Part shown: positions 1 to 8,309 of the stretch, one piece after another | Layout: each line of letters begins with the position of its first letter | How positions within the stretch are numbered: the stretch's first letter is position 1 | DNA from: Trueperaceae bacterium | GTDB lineage: Bacteria > Deinococcota > Deinococci > Deinococcales > Trueperaceae | Length of the DNA stretch: 64,000 nucleotides | Reading direction: 5' to 3' | Assembly (NCBI GenBank): GCA_034520945.1 | Contig: JAXHNB010000005.1 | Span: forward strand, 32,001-96,000 | Program-made: the position numbers and the translations under genes | Notes under the pieces: generated by a model | Told to the model about the DNA's origin: nothing | What the model saw: only the letters and a program-made list of their open reading frames with translations | Database searches by the model: none

Positions 1-1
1 T

Positions 2-3000
2 CTCTGTCGCTTGATCGACCAGCGGCTCAGAGATGAGAACCACCTGCTCCGCCTTGTCGCTGTAGAACCCGTCGTCGAGTTGCTCCTAGACGACGAGGCC
101 CCTTGGAAAACTGCTAAGCACGTGCAGGACATCGTGCTTGATTGGTTGCGTGCGCATGTCTTTGCCGGCACTGCGGAGGGCCATCCACTTCGGGTTCGTC
201 TTCGAGAGCAGCTCGTCGCCGCGTGCTCCGCCGCCGACCAGCGCCTCCAGGCGGCGCAAGCTGCCGCTGCGGCAGCGCGTGCTGCACGTTCGCCCGAGGA
301 GATCGAGCAGGAGCGGCGGTTCCGAGAAAGCCATCGCGCGCTGTTCACCGAGTTCACCGAGATCGGAAGTGCGCGTAGCCAGCGCCCACTACGTCCAGAG
401 GTTCCACGGGAGATTACCGATTCGCTAGTCATAGAGCTTCTGGCTCTGCTCGGTCCCGACCTTGGCGATGACGGCGAAGCCATCTTGCGACGCGTGGGAA
501 GAGATTCGCCCTCCGATCTTGCACCTGCTGTAGACGATCTCGTCGCTGGCCGCGCTCTCGCTATGAGTCGCAGAGGGATCTTGGCCGAGTTGACCGAGAC
601 CTACTACGTGGACGAGGACGAGGATGGTTCAGTGCTTCACGAGGATGGGATTCGGGACCATAGCTCTCGGAATTTCGGTGTCGTACCTCTTTCCTCCCCG
701 TACCGAGGGCCGTTCATACCGCTGTTTCAGGCGGATATGGCTGGCGGCGTGTCAGTGCTGAATCGCATGCTGAACCATGCTGCGTTGGCCCGCGCTCGTA
801 CGCTGGCCAAACGGGAGTACGGTTACGGTGCGCCTAACGCTGACGGCAATCTCGACGCGTACCGGACCGTGCTTGACGTTGCCGGTGTGCGCAGGACCTA
901 CGTAGGTGACGCTCATGTCTGGAACTGGTATCGGGGCACGGGAGTCGGGCCGCATCCGTGCATGAGCGCGTTGCAGGCACTTGAGCGTGTGTGCGACCAG
1001 TTCATCGAGATCGGTATTCCGATCGACCGTATCGTTGCTCGCCTTCTTCGAAATTGTGAGAACCTCGCCATGGTGGGCTTCGTGGTCGGACTACTTGTTC
1101 GCCACATGGAGCGGGCTGGTCGGTTGCTTGACCCCTATCTCGCCGATCCGAGAGTCTGGAAACTGGAATTCGGCCGTGCGAGTAGTGAGTTGATGAATGG
1201 TCTAGCGGCTCCTTCAGGTGACCTCGTCGGGGCCGAACGTCGATCTTGGTCGATGCGCGAGGTAGCTATGCATCTCGTTGTGCGCGCCGACGACGCTCGC
1301 GCTTCAGAGCTGCGTGGCGTCGGCGAGCAGCTCATTGCAAACGCCCGCCGGCTCGCTAGCAACGCTCCGCGTGATGGACGGGAATCCGATGAAGACGAAG
1401 CATTGCAGCAAGAACTCACCACGGTGCGCGCGTGGGCGAGCACCCTTGATCGCGACACATATCGGATGGAACAGGCCGAGGACGGAGTGTACATCCAGAG
1501 CGTGCCACCCGAGGAGATCGTCGAAGCACTTGAGCGCGCGAGCGCAGCGCCTCGTCGCACGCAGGACGCGATGCGCCTGGCTTCGCGCTATGCCCTTAAG
1601 CCGAAGATGAGCGCTTCACAGAGCATTTCGGCGGATGAGTTGGTCGAGGATTTGACGCTTGCACGCAGCCTTCTTGAGGACTCGCCCGGGCGCTCTGTCC
1701 TGGATCCTTGGGATGCGGCGGCGGCGGTTGCGTCGACGGCGCTATCGGCTCATTTGACCCGGAACGTGGCCCTTTCAGACGATTGGCTTAGATTCTCCGT
1801 GGATACCGTGCTCCGCGTAGGGGCCGGCGAGGTTCCCGCGGGTGCGTTTGAGGGCGACGACGTCTACTTCGAGCAAGGTGCCGAGCGCAGTGCTGCCCGC
1901 GCGCTTCCGTTGCTGTTGCTTCCGTCTGCGCTCCCGTTGCTGTCACTTGTTGACAGCGCCGATGACTCGTCGAGCTATGAGCGAGTGATCGGAACCGGCT
2001 TAAAACTTGCCCAGGCTGTTGCGTTCGAAGTGCGGCTTCATCTTGCACGCGGCATGGACCGAGTGTGGCAGGAAACCTGCAGAGAAGAAGGTGGCTGCCA
2101 CCACGAGGTGGCCCTGTGGCTCGTTGTCGAGTCAATGCGCCACTGCGTGATGGGTACACGGGATGCTGCAACGGGTGAGCGGACCATCCTTCCGCTTGAG
2201 GATCCGGTCGAAACTTCATTGGCCGAGCTAGGAGATGACGAGGTCTACGTCTCGCGCCTCGGTGCAGCTATTAGGGCGCTTGCTCCTGCGGCAGTGGCAC
2301 ACGTCTGCGTATCGAGCCGGGCGCGTGAACTCCTCGACGTCGCCTTGGCGGCACAGAGGCGGTCCCTCTTGACGTACGAACGGGACGTTGACCATCAGGG
2401 TACGCAAACATTGATCGCCGCCCGAGCGGTACTGACACTAGCTTCCGACGGTGACGAGGTATCCGTATTCCAGTACATCGATGCCTACGCCGACAGCCCA
2501 AGGCTGCTTGGGGGCTTCCTGCGAGCGCTTTCGAGCACTGCGGAGGAGAATGCACAGCGTGCGGCGGCCGCCCAGCGCGTGTGGCCAAGAATCGTCGAGC
2601 ACGTTCTTGAGCTGAGGGAGGCTGGGCGAAAGCCCTTCGAAGACGACTTCGTTGGAGAATTGGCGCGCGCGGCACTTCTGCCGAACGCAGGGGGAGGTTC
2701 CACCTACCTCTACCGTGAGTTGGACGGCGATCCGATCGAATGGTGGCAGCCTATCGGGTGGCGCGACGTCGTGGACCAATGGTTACGGGTTGCAGCTGGA
2801 AGCGCGACATGTGTCGACCAGCTCATCGGCTTCCTGAGCGTGCTTCCCATGAACGACCAGGTACGGCACGGGCTGCCGTGGGTGGCTTCCCTCGTGCTAC
2901 CGCAGCCCGAACGCGTAGCGGGACGTACCTTCCTGCTGTCGGAGTGGCTCATCAAGGCGCGTACGTCCGCGAGGGATGCGGGGCTCCTGTCCGACTGGCA

Positions 3001-3061
3001 GCGCGTCATCGATGCCCTTGTCGTTGCAGGCGCCAGCAAGCTGGCCCCATACTCCGAGTAG
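2..3061 (+). CDS. C-terminal part of a very large (>1000 aa) cargo protein, possibly a STAND/NACHT (Avs-like) protein; 5' truncated by the window edge
   Basis: The frame is open from position 2 to TAG at 3059-3061. Codon usage is more A/T-rich than the host genes and the gene sits next to an integrase. No NTPase motif is visible in this part. Confidence 0.6.
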   Translation, partial: LCRLIDQRLRDENHLLRLVAVEPVVELLLDDEAPWKTAKHVQDIVLDWLRAHVFAGTAEGHPLRVRLREQLVAACSAADQRLQAAQAAAAAARAARSPEEIEQERRFRESHRALFTEFTEIGSARSQRPLRPEVPREITDSLVIELLALLGPDLGDDGEAILRRVGRDSPSDLAPAVDDLVAGRALAMSRRGILAELTETYYVDEDEDGSVLHEDGIRDHSSRNFGVVPLSSPYRGPFIPLFQADMAGGVSVLNRMLNHAALARARTLAKREYGYGAPNADGNLDAYRTVLDVAGVRRTYVGDAHVWNWYRGTGVGPHPCMSALQALERVCDQFIEIGIPIDRIVARLLRNCENLAMVGFVVGLLVRHMERAGRLLDPYLADPRVWKLEFGRASSELMNGLAAPSGDLVGAERRSWSMREVAMHLVVRADDARASELRGVGEQLIANARRLASNAPRDGRESDEDEALQQELTTVRAWASTLDRDTYRMEQAEDGVYIQSVPPEEIVEALERASAAPRRTQDAMRLASRYALKPKMSASQSISADELVEDLTLARSLLEDSPGRSVLDPWDAAAAVASTALSAHLTRNVALSDDWLRFSVDTVLRVGAGEVPAGAFEGDDVYFEQGAERSAARALPLLLLPSALPLLSLVDSADDSSSYERVIGTGLKLAQAVAFEVRLHLARGMDRVWQETCREEGGCHHEVALWLVVESMRHCVMGTRDAATGERTILPLEDPVETSLAELGDDEVYVSRLGAAIRALAPAAVAHVCVSSRARELLDVALAAQRRSLLTYERDVDHQGTQTLIAARAVLTLASDGDEVSVFQYIDAYADSPRLLGGFLRALSSTAEENAQRAAAAQRVWPRIVEHVLELREAGRKPFEDDFVGELARAALLPNAGGGSTYLYRELDGDPIEWWQPIGWRDVVDQWLRVAAGSATCVDQLIGFLSVLPMNDQVRHGLPWVASLVLPQPERVAGRTFLLSEWLIKARTSARDAGLLSDWQRVIDALVVAGASKLAPYSE

Positions 3062-3297
3062 GGGTCCGGTCCTCCTGAGGCTGGAAGCTGGCAGGGCTGC
3101 CCCTGCATTGGTCAGCGCCACAGGCACAGAGCCTTGATGTTGCGCATCCCTGTGCTTGGCCTTAGCTCGCTCGGTCTTCAATGGGCGTGTCTTGAGACTT
3201 CCCATTCTGGAGGATCGATGGCCCGCTCTACAGCCAAAAACTTCGCGCGAGCCCGTCCTGACAGCGGCCCCGGAGCGCAATCGACGGATTGCGGTCT

Positions 3298-3534
3298 CTA
3301 GCGAAATCTTACGGGCTCGCCTACCTCGGCCTTAGGCCGCACCACCAACTCCAGCCCGAGCGCATCGAGCACCTTCCCCCACCCGTCCGGGAGGTTCCCC
3401 CGGTGTCCCGTCAAGAGGTGGTTGAGGTGCTGACGGCTGAGTCCGACGCGTTTGGCAAGCTCCGTTTGCGTGAGTCGTTGCCGCACCATCGCCACCCGAA
3501 TCTCTTCCCGAATCTGTAACGTCATGGAGGGCAT
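3298..3534 (-). CDS. XRE/Cro family helix-turn-helix regulator
   Basis: HTH pattern LTQTELAKRVGLSRQHLNHLL. TAACGT lies 6 nt before the ATG (leaderless type). Confidence 0.85.
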   Translation of the reverse strand: MPSMTLQIREEIRVAMVRQRLTQTELAKRVGLSRQHLNHLLTGHRGNLPDGWGKVLDALGLELVVRPKAEVGEPVRFR

Positions 3535-3535
3535 G

Positions 3536-3570
3536 TTGACACGTTATCTCTACAACGGCTAGACTGTCAA
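3536..3570. promoter_or_regulatory. Overlapping divergent sigma70-type promoters for the integrase and HTH genes
   Basis: Plus strand: TTGACA(3536-41)-18 nt-TAGACT(3560-65). Minus strand: TTGACA(3570-65)-18 nt-TAACGT(3546-41). Confidence 0.65.
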
Positions 3571-3654
3571 TGAAAAGCTAACAGAAAGTCTCTAAAACGT
3601 AGCTAGATGGCACAAGCTGGCCGTGTCGACGAAGGCAGGAGATCGGAGTCAACG

Positions 3655-4878
3655 ATGAGTGAATACGAGCTCGTGGACCGAGGGAGAAGCCCGGGGCAAG
3701 GTCAACTTCTCAAGCACAAGACGGACCCTCGCCGTTGGTTGGTGAAGGTCTTCCTGGGCCGAGATGCGCACGGAAGGAAGAAGTATCGGTCGCAAGTGGT
3801 GCGCGGCGGCAAGCGCGACGCAAACGCTGTGCTGCTGGAGAAACTGCAAGAGCGAGCGACCGGGACGCTGACGCCTCGCTCACGCATGACGCTCCGCGAC
3901 CTGGCCAGCGAATGGGCCAAGCACAAGGAACGGGAGGTGGCCCCCCGCACCCTCAGGCAGTACGTCGACAGCCTGAACCGCTACGTGCTTCCCTCCCTGG
4001 GCCATCGGAAGATCGCCGATCTCACGCTTCGCGAGATCGACCGCGCCTACGGGAACATGCTCTCCGGGGAGCTTCCGAAGGCTGACGGCGGTCCGGGCGT
4101 GACCGGCAGGCCACTCGCCGCCGGCACCGTACGCCTGACCCATGCCGCGCTGTCGCAGGCCCTCTCGCAGGCTGTGCGGTGGGGCCTGATTCGAAGCAAC
4201 CCCGCCGCCGAAGCCAGCGTTCCCTCGCTGCGAGCGAAGGAGAAAGAGACGCTCACGGCCACCGAGCGGGCGCGTTGGCTCGATGTGTGCGAGGGGCGCT
4301 TCTACGGAACCTTCTACCGTCTGCTGGTCGATACGGGGCTGCGGCCAGGCGAGGCGTGTGCGCTGACGTGGTCCGACGTCGATTTCGCGCGCGGCACCAT
4401 CAGCGTGCGGCGGACGGTGACGAAGGGGTCCAAGGGCAAGCCGGTGATCGGCGAGCCAAAAACGGATAAGAGCCGTCGGATCGTTCCGATGCTTCGGGGG
4501 CTCCAGGATGCGCTACTGCGTCACCAGGATTGGCAGCGCGAACGCGCCCTGGACGCCGACGGTCTGGTGTTCAAGAACCAGGACGGGGAGATGTTGCGCC
4601 CGTGGACGTTCTCGGTTCGCGACTTCCGCCGGAGCCTCCGGGCAGCGGGCATCACCAAGGAGCTCACGTTGTACTCGTTGCGCCACACCTTCGCGACCCT
4701 GCACGTGGCCAATGGCACCTCGCTCAAGAAGGTCTCCGACCTGCTCGGGCACGCCAACATCCAACAGACGGCCAACACCTACATGCACGACGATCTATCC
4801 GTCACGACCGAGTGGATGAAGCGATACGAGCGGATGCTCGACGAGGTCGAGACGCCGGCCCGCCCGCCGGCCAACTGA
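3655..4878 (+). CDS. Tyrosine recombinase/integrase
   Basis: Motifs TGLRPGE (R), YSLRHTFAT (H/Y-x-x-R), LLGHANI (H) and TYMH (catalytic Y), with an N-terminal SAM-like region. ATG 3655 follows GGAG; alternative start 3607. Confidence 0.93.
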   Translation: MSEYELVDRGRSPGQGQLLKHKTDPRRWLVKVFLGRDAHGRKKYRSQVVRGGKRDANAVLLEKLQERATGTLTPRSRMTLRDLASEWAKHKEREVAPRTLRQYVDSLNRYVLPSLGHRKIADLTLREIDRAYGNMLSGELPKADGGPGVTGRPLAAGTVRLTHAALSQALSQAVRWGLIRSNPAAEASVPSLRAKEKETLTATERARWLDVCEGRFYGTFYRLLVDTGLRPGEACALTWSDVDFARGTISVRRTVTKGSKGKPVIGEPKTDKSRRIVPMLRGLQDALLRHQDWQRERALDADGLVFKNQDGEMLRPWTFSVRDFRRSLRAAGITKELTLYSLRHTFATLHVANGTSLKKVSDLLGHANIQQTANTYMHDDLSVTTEWMKRYERMLDEVETPARPPAN

Positions 4879-4981
4879 TCCTCGCGCTCGATGAGCCCAG
4901 CGCGGGGCGCGTCGAGCGAAGGTCGAGACTCCGGCGACCGCAGCCTGGGAGATTGACACAACACTGACACCATAGACGCCC

Positions 4982-5020
4982 GATGCGCCCCGAACCACGC
5001 CGGGGCGCATCTTCATTTTC
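4982..5020. terminator. Hairpin/intrinsic terminator between the integrase and tRNA-Val
   Basis: GATGCGCCCCG-loop-CGGGGCGCATC followed by TTCATTTT. Confidence 0.6.
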
Positions 5021-5046
5021 ACCGTCCAGAACGCACATCGTCGAAA

Positions 5047-5121
5047 TGGTGGGCGATGACGGATTCGAACCGCCGACCTACCGCTTGTAAGGCGGCCGCT
5101 CTGCCGCTGAGCTAATCGCCC
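5047..5121 (-). tRNA. tRNA-Val(TAC)
   Basis: The reverse complement GGGCGATTAGCTCAGCGGCAGAGCGGCCGCCTTACAAGCGGTAGGTCGGCGGTTCGAATCCGTCATCGCCCACCA forms a cloverleaf with TAC anticodon and encoded CCA. Confidence 0.96.
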
Positions 5122-5173
5122 GTGCCGTGACGCACCGTGGCGCGCCAGATTATGGCACAGCGACCGAACGCGG

Positions 5174-5335
5174 TCAGGTCCCGAGTGCCGCTGGGGGTAG
5201 GGAGATCGTCTCCAGGTCGGTACGCCCGATATCGGCGCCGACGTACGCGAGAGGTTCTCGGTGGGACGCCGCCCGTCCGTGGGCCAGCACATCGCCGAAC
5301 GACACGTGGACGAGCACGCGGGTGTCGACGGCCCT
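5174..5335 (-). pseudogene. vapC: Internally deleted vapC (PIN toxin) remnant
   Basis: Right after the vapB stop, the frame reads (R)AVDTRVLVHV/SFGDVLAHGRAASHREPLAYVGADIGRTDLETI. This is the VapC N-terminal VDT motif joined to the C-terminal FGD...EPL..G.D..TD motif. The expected ATG reads AGG. Confidence 0.7.
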
Positions 5336-5587
5336 TCAGCCGTTGCCCAGCATGTCCTCTTGTTGGGCCTTGCTGGGCGGGTTCGCGCGGTACCGGTCCT
5401 CCAGGAGCGGGTGCACGTGGTCCCGGACGAATGCGATCGCGGCGTCCGCACGTTCGTTCGCCTCGAGCGCGTGCCAGTACAGCTGCAGGGCATGCGCCAT
5501 GGCGTCCGTCGTGGTTTCGCCGGTGCGCTCGGTGATCGCCTCGAGGAGCTCTACGACCTCGTCGTTCTTCACGTTGATCTGCTTCAC
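5336..5587 (-). CDS. vapB: Type II TA antitoxin, VapB family (Rv0623-like)
   Basis: INVKNDEV..L.E.TGET.T.A...AL pattern with a C-terminal EDMLG. TAGACT lies 6 nt before the GTG. Confidence 0.8.
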   Translation of the reverse strand: MKQINVKNDEVVELLEAITERTGETTTDAMAHALQLYWHALEANERADAAIAFVRDHVHPLLEDRYRANPPSKAQQEDMLGNG

Positions 5588-5986
5588 GACACCAGTCTAG
5601 CGGGGTTCCACGACATGGCAATGCATGTATCCCTTCGCCTCGGCAGGAGGCGTCTCTTGGGAGCGGGCTGAACCCGACCATGACGCGGTCGGTGTCACGA
5701 ACGCCACGCCACGAACGAGGGAGGCGCATCGTGCCTTCCCCGCGGCGACCCCTACGAAATGCGCACTCGGACCGCCACCATCACGAGGCGCGGTGCCTCA
5801 CCGCTCCCCGTCGGGCATGCTCGTACGCCCCGGTCAGGCCTTGTTCCCTCGAAGTTGTGGCGTTTTCGTGAGAGGGGACGTGCGAATGTAGGGTTCGCTG
5901 TGCCCATCGTGATTTGGGCCCAGGTGTGTCGTGGCGCCTGGAAGGCAAGGGGGGCTCGAAGATTGCTCGCACGGTTCCTGGATGAG

Positions 5987-7003
5987 ATGCCCAGCTTGTC
6001 GTGGCGGCGCGTGACGTGGCGGGCGGGGGGCGTCGGGCTTGGGCTGGTGGCGTGCTGGTTGCTGCTGTTGCTGGTGGGCAGCGAGTTGTTCGTGCTGGTG
6101 CATGCGTTCTACCTGCCGGTGACGTTGGCGGCGTTCTGGTTGGGGCCGGTGGGCGCGGTGGCGTCGGCGGTGGCCGCGGGCGTGATGGCGGGACCCCTCC
6201 TGCCGGCAGGGGTGCGTCCGGCGGAGTATGCGGCGGGGGAGTGGCTGGTGCGGTTGGGGTTCTTCGCGGGGTTCAGCGTCCTGGCGGGGATTCTGTTGTC
6301 GCGGATTCGGTCGCAGGCGCGGTCGATGCGGAGCTTGTACGCGCGGACGTTGCGGGGGTTCGTACGGGCGCTCGAGTACAAGGACGTGGAGACCGGCGAT
6401 CACTGCGAGCGGGTGGCGCGGAACGCGGTGCACATGGGTCGGCAGTTGGGCTTCGCGGAGACGCAACTGGAGGCGATCTACTGGGCGGGGTACTTGCATG
6501 ACCTAGGGAAGATCGCGACACCTGCGGAGGTCCTGGGGAAGCCGGGTCGATTGACGAGCGCGGAGTACGAGGTGGTGAAGAAGCACGCGGAGATGGGCGC
6601 GGACCTGTTGGAGGGGGTGTCGACGTCGTTCCGGTCGATCGCGGAGGGGGTACGCCATCACCATGAGCGTTGGGATGGGTTGGGGTACCCGGGGGGCTTG
6701 GCGGGGGAGGAGATCCCGCTGTTCGGGCGCATCCTCGGCGTGGTGGATGTCTTCGAGGCGTTGACGAGCGACCGGCCGTACCGTGCCGCCTTGCCGGTCA
6801 GGGAGGCGGCGGCCATCGTGCAGGAAGGGGCCGGGTCGCACTTCGACCCGGGCCTCGCGGAGGCGTTTTTGTCGTTGGTGGCGGCCGACCGTGTGCACGT
6901 GCAGGGACGAAGCGGGAACGAGTCGCTCGTGGAGTCGCCGGTGATGTTCAATCCGGAGGTGTTGCGCGAGCAGGCGTGGGACAAGAAGCGGATGCTGTCG
7001 TGA
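5987..7003 (+). CDS. Membrane-anchored HD-GYP cyclic dinucleotide phosphodiesterase
   Basis: N-terminal hydrophobic helices and motifs HCERVA, LHDLGK, HHHERWDGLGYP, DVFEALTSDRPY. Start uncertain. Confidence 0.88.
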   Translation: MPSLSWRRVTWRAGGVGLGLVACWLLLLLVGSELFVLVHAFYLPVTLAAFWLGPVGAVASAVAAGVMAGPLLPAGVRPAEYAAGEWLVRLGFFAGFSVLAGILLSRIRSQARSMRSLYARTLRGFVRALEYKDVETGDHCERVARNAVHMGRQLGFAETQLEAIYWAGYLHDLGKIATPAEVLGKPGRLTSAEYEVVKKHAEMGADLLEGVSTSFRSIAEGVRHHHERWDGLGYPGGLAGEEIPLFGRILGVVDVFEALTSDRPYRAALPVREAAAIVQEGAGSHFDPGLAEAFLSLVAADRVHVQGRSGNESLVESPVMFNPEVLREQAWDKKRMLS

Positions 7004-7043
7004 GCGTTCCGGGCGTCCACCGACGGTGGCGCCCCATAGGAAG

Positions 7044-7067
7044 CGGGGAGGCGCAACCGCCTCCCCG
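7044..7067. terminator. Hairpin downstream of the tRNA pair and of the convergent HD-GYP gene
   Basis: CGGGGAGGCG-caac-CGCCTCCCCG. Confidence 0.55.
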
Positions 7068-7070
7068 TTC

Positions 7071-7145
7071 TGGTGACCCCTACGAGATTCGAACTCGTGC
7101 CGCCACCTTGAAAGGGTGGTGACCTAACCGCTAGTCGAAGGGGCC
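7071..7145 (-). tRNA. tRNA-Glu(TTC)
   Basis: Reverse-complement cloverleaf with anticodon arm CCACC-CTTTCAA-GGTGG, GTTCGAAT T-loop and CCA end. Confidence 0.96.
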
Positions 7146-7150
7146 TTGCC

Positions 7151-7226
<76 letters not shown>

Positions 7227-7243
7227 AATCGTCAGCGTCAGGA

Positions 7244-7272
7244 AGTCTACTCAGCCCTCGGGGCTGTGTCAA
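7244..7272 (-). promoter_or_regulatory. sigma70-type promoter for tRNA-Lys/tRNA-Glu
   Basis: TTGACA-17 nt-TAGACT just upstream of tRNA-Lys. Confidence 0.7.
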
Positions 7273-7546
7273 GGCGCGGGGAGACGTCCTCAGGCGGCGC
7301 CGGCGCGCGTTCGGTGCCGGTGTTCGAATGCGGTTCGCAGGAGAGTCGGATCCACGGGAACCCGTCGTGAAACGTCTTGGTGCAGGTCGCCGCCGGCAGC
7401 TCGCCCGTGAACGAAATGGGGCCGCCCTCCGCGTCGCTGCCGAGCGTGATGCGCACGCCGCCCAGCACCGACAGGGCGGTTCCGGCGACGGCGGCCAGCG
7501 CCAGCACGCCGAGGGTAACGAAGAGCATGCGGCGGCGCGCGCTCAT
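7247..7546 (-). CDS. Small hypothetical protein with an N-terminal membrane/signal helix
   Basis: Hydrophobic N-terminus; TAGCAT lies 6 nt before the ATG. Confidence 0.6.
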   Translation of the reverse strand: MSARRRMLFVTLGVLALAAVAGTALSVLGGVRITLGSDAEGGPISFTGELPAATCTKTFHDGFPWIRLSCEPHSNTGTERAPAPPEDVSPRLDTAPRAE

Positions 7547-7624
7547 GGCGGGATGCTAGCGCGCGGTGGCGACGATTCGCGTCGTGCGCGGCCGTTCGCG
7601 CGCACGAGGTGCTAGCGTTCCGGC

Positions 7625-8287
7625 ATGGGCAGTTCCCGGGTCGCCGTCGCTGCGTTGGTCGCGGCCAATCTGGTGCCGCTGGTCGGGGTGGCGTTGCTGG
7701 GCTGGCGGCTGTACGACGTGATGCTGCTGTTCTGGCTCGAGAACGGCGTGATCGGGGCGTACAACCTGGCGCGCATGGCGACGGCGGGCCAGCGACCGGC
7801 GTCGGCGCTGTTCCTGGCCCCGTTCTTCACGGTGCACTACGGCATGTTCTGGGTGGTGCACGGCGTGTTCGTGGTGGAGCTGTTCGGCGGGGCGGGGTCC
7901 ATGGGCGGCGCCGCGGGCGCTGGCGCGGCCGGGCTGGGGTCCGGCGTCACGCTGCCGCTCGTCGGGACGGTGCCCGCCTTTGCAGGGATCGAATGGGCGT
8001 TGTTGGGGCTGGCGCTCAGCCACGGCGCGTCGTTCGTGCAGAACTGGTGGCTGGGCGGCGAACGGCGCGACGCCACGCCCGCCGAGCGGATGCGCGCCCC
8101 CTACGGCCGCGTGGTGGTGCTGCACCTCACCATCCTGGGGGGTGGCGTCGCGGTGCAGGCGCTCGGCGAGCCGGCGGCGGCGCTGCTGCTCCTGATCGTG
8201 CTCAAGACCTTCGTGGACGTCGCCGCGCACGTGCGCGCGCACCGCCCCGAGGGACCGATTCCGTTGCGTGGCCGCCCAGCCGGTTGA
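7625..8287 (+). CDS. Integral membrane protein (DUF6498-like)
   Basis: Motifs ANLVPL.GV...GW, FW.EN..IG, FF..HYG.F..VHG.F and PYGRVVVLH. Confidence 0.75.
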   Translation: MGSSRVAVAALVAANLVPLVGVALLGWRLYDVMLLFWLENGVIGAYNLARMATAGQRPASALFLAPFFTVHYGMFWVVHGVFVVELFGGAGSMGGAAGAGAAGLGSGVTLPLVGTVPAFAGIEWALLGLALSHGASFVQNWWLGGERRDATPAERMRAPYGRVVVLHLTILGGGVAVQALGEPAAALLLLIVLKTFVDVAAHVRAHRPEGPIPLRGRPAG

Positions 8288-8309
8288 GCCCGCGTCGGTC
8301 GGGTCGCGC

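Larger units (their letters stand above)
1..5046. mobile_element. One end of an integrative element/genomic island inserted at the 3' end of tRNA-Val
   Basis: A tyrosine integrase ends about 170 nt from the tRNA 3' end, with a divergent XRE regulator and a cargo gene of atypical composition. The other att site is outside the window. Confidence 0.75.

Noticed and set aside
1..5046. Prophage call for the integrase region
   Set aside because: No structural, replication or lysis genes are visible, so only an integrative element is supported.
5590..5986. Possible ncRNA or c-di-GMP riboswitch upstream of the HD-GYP gene
   Set aside because: I could not identify a GEMM consensus or a convincing structure.
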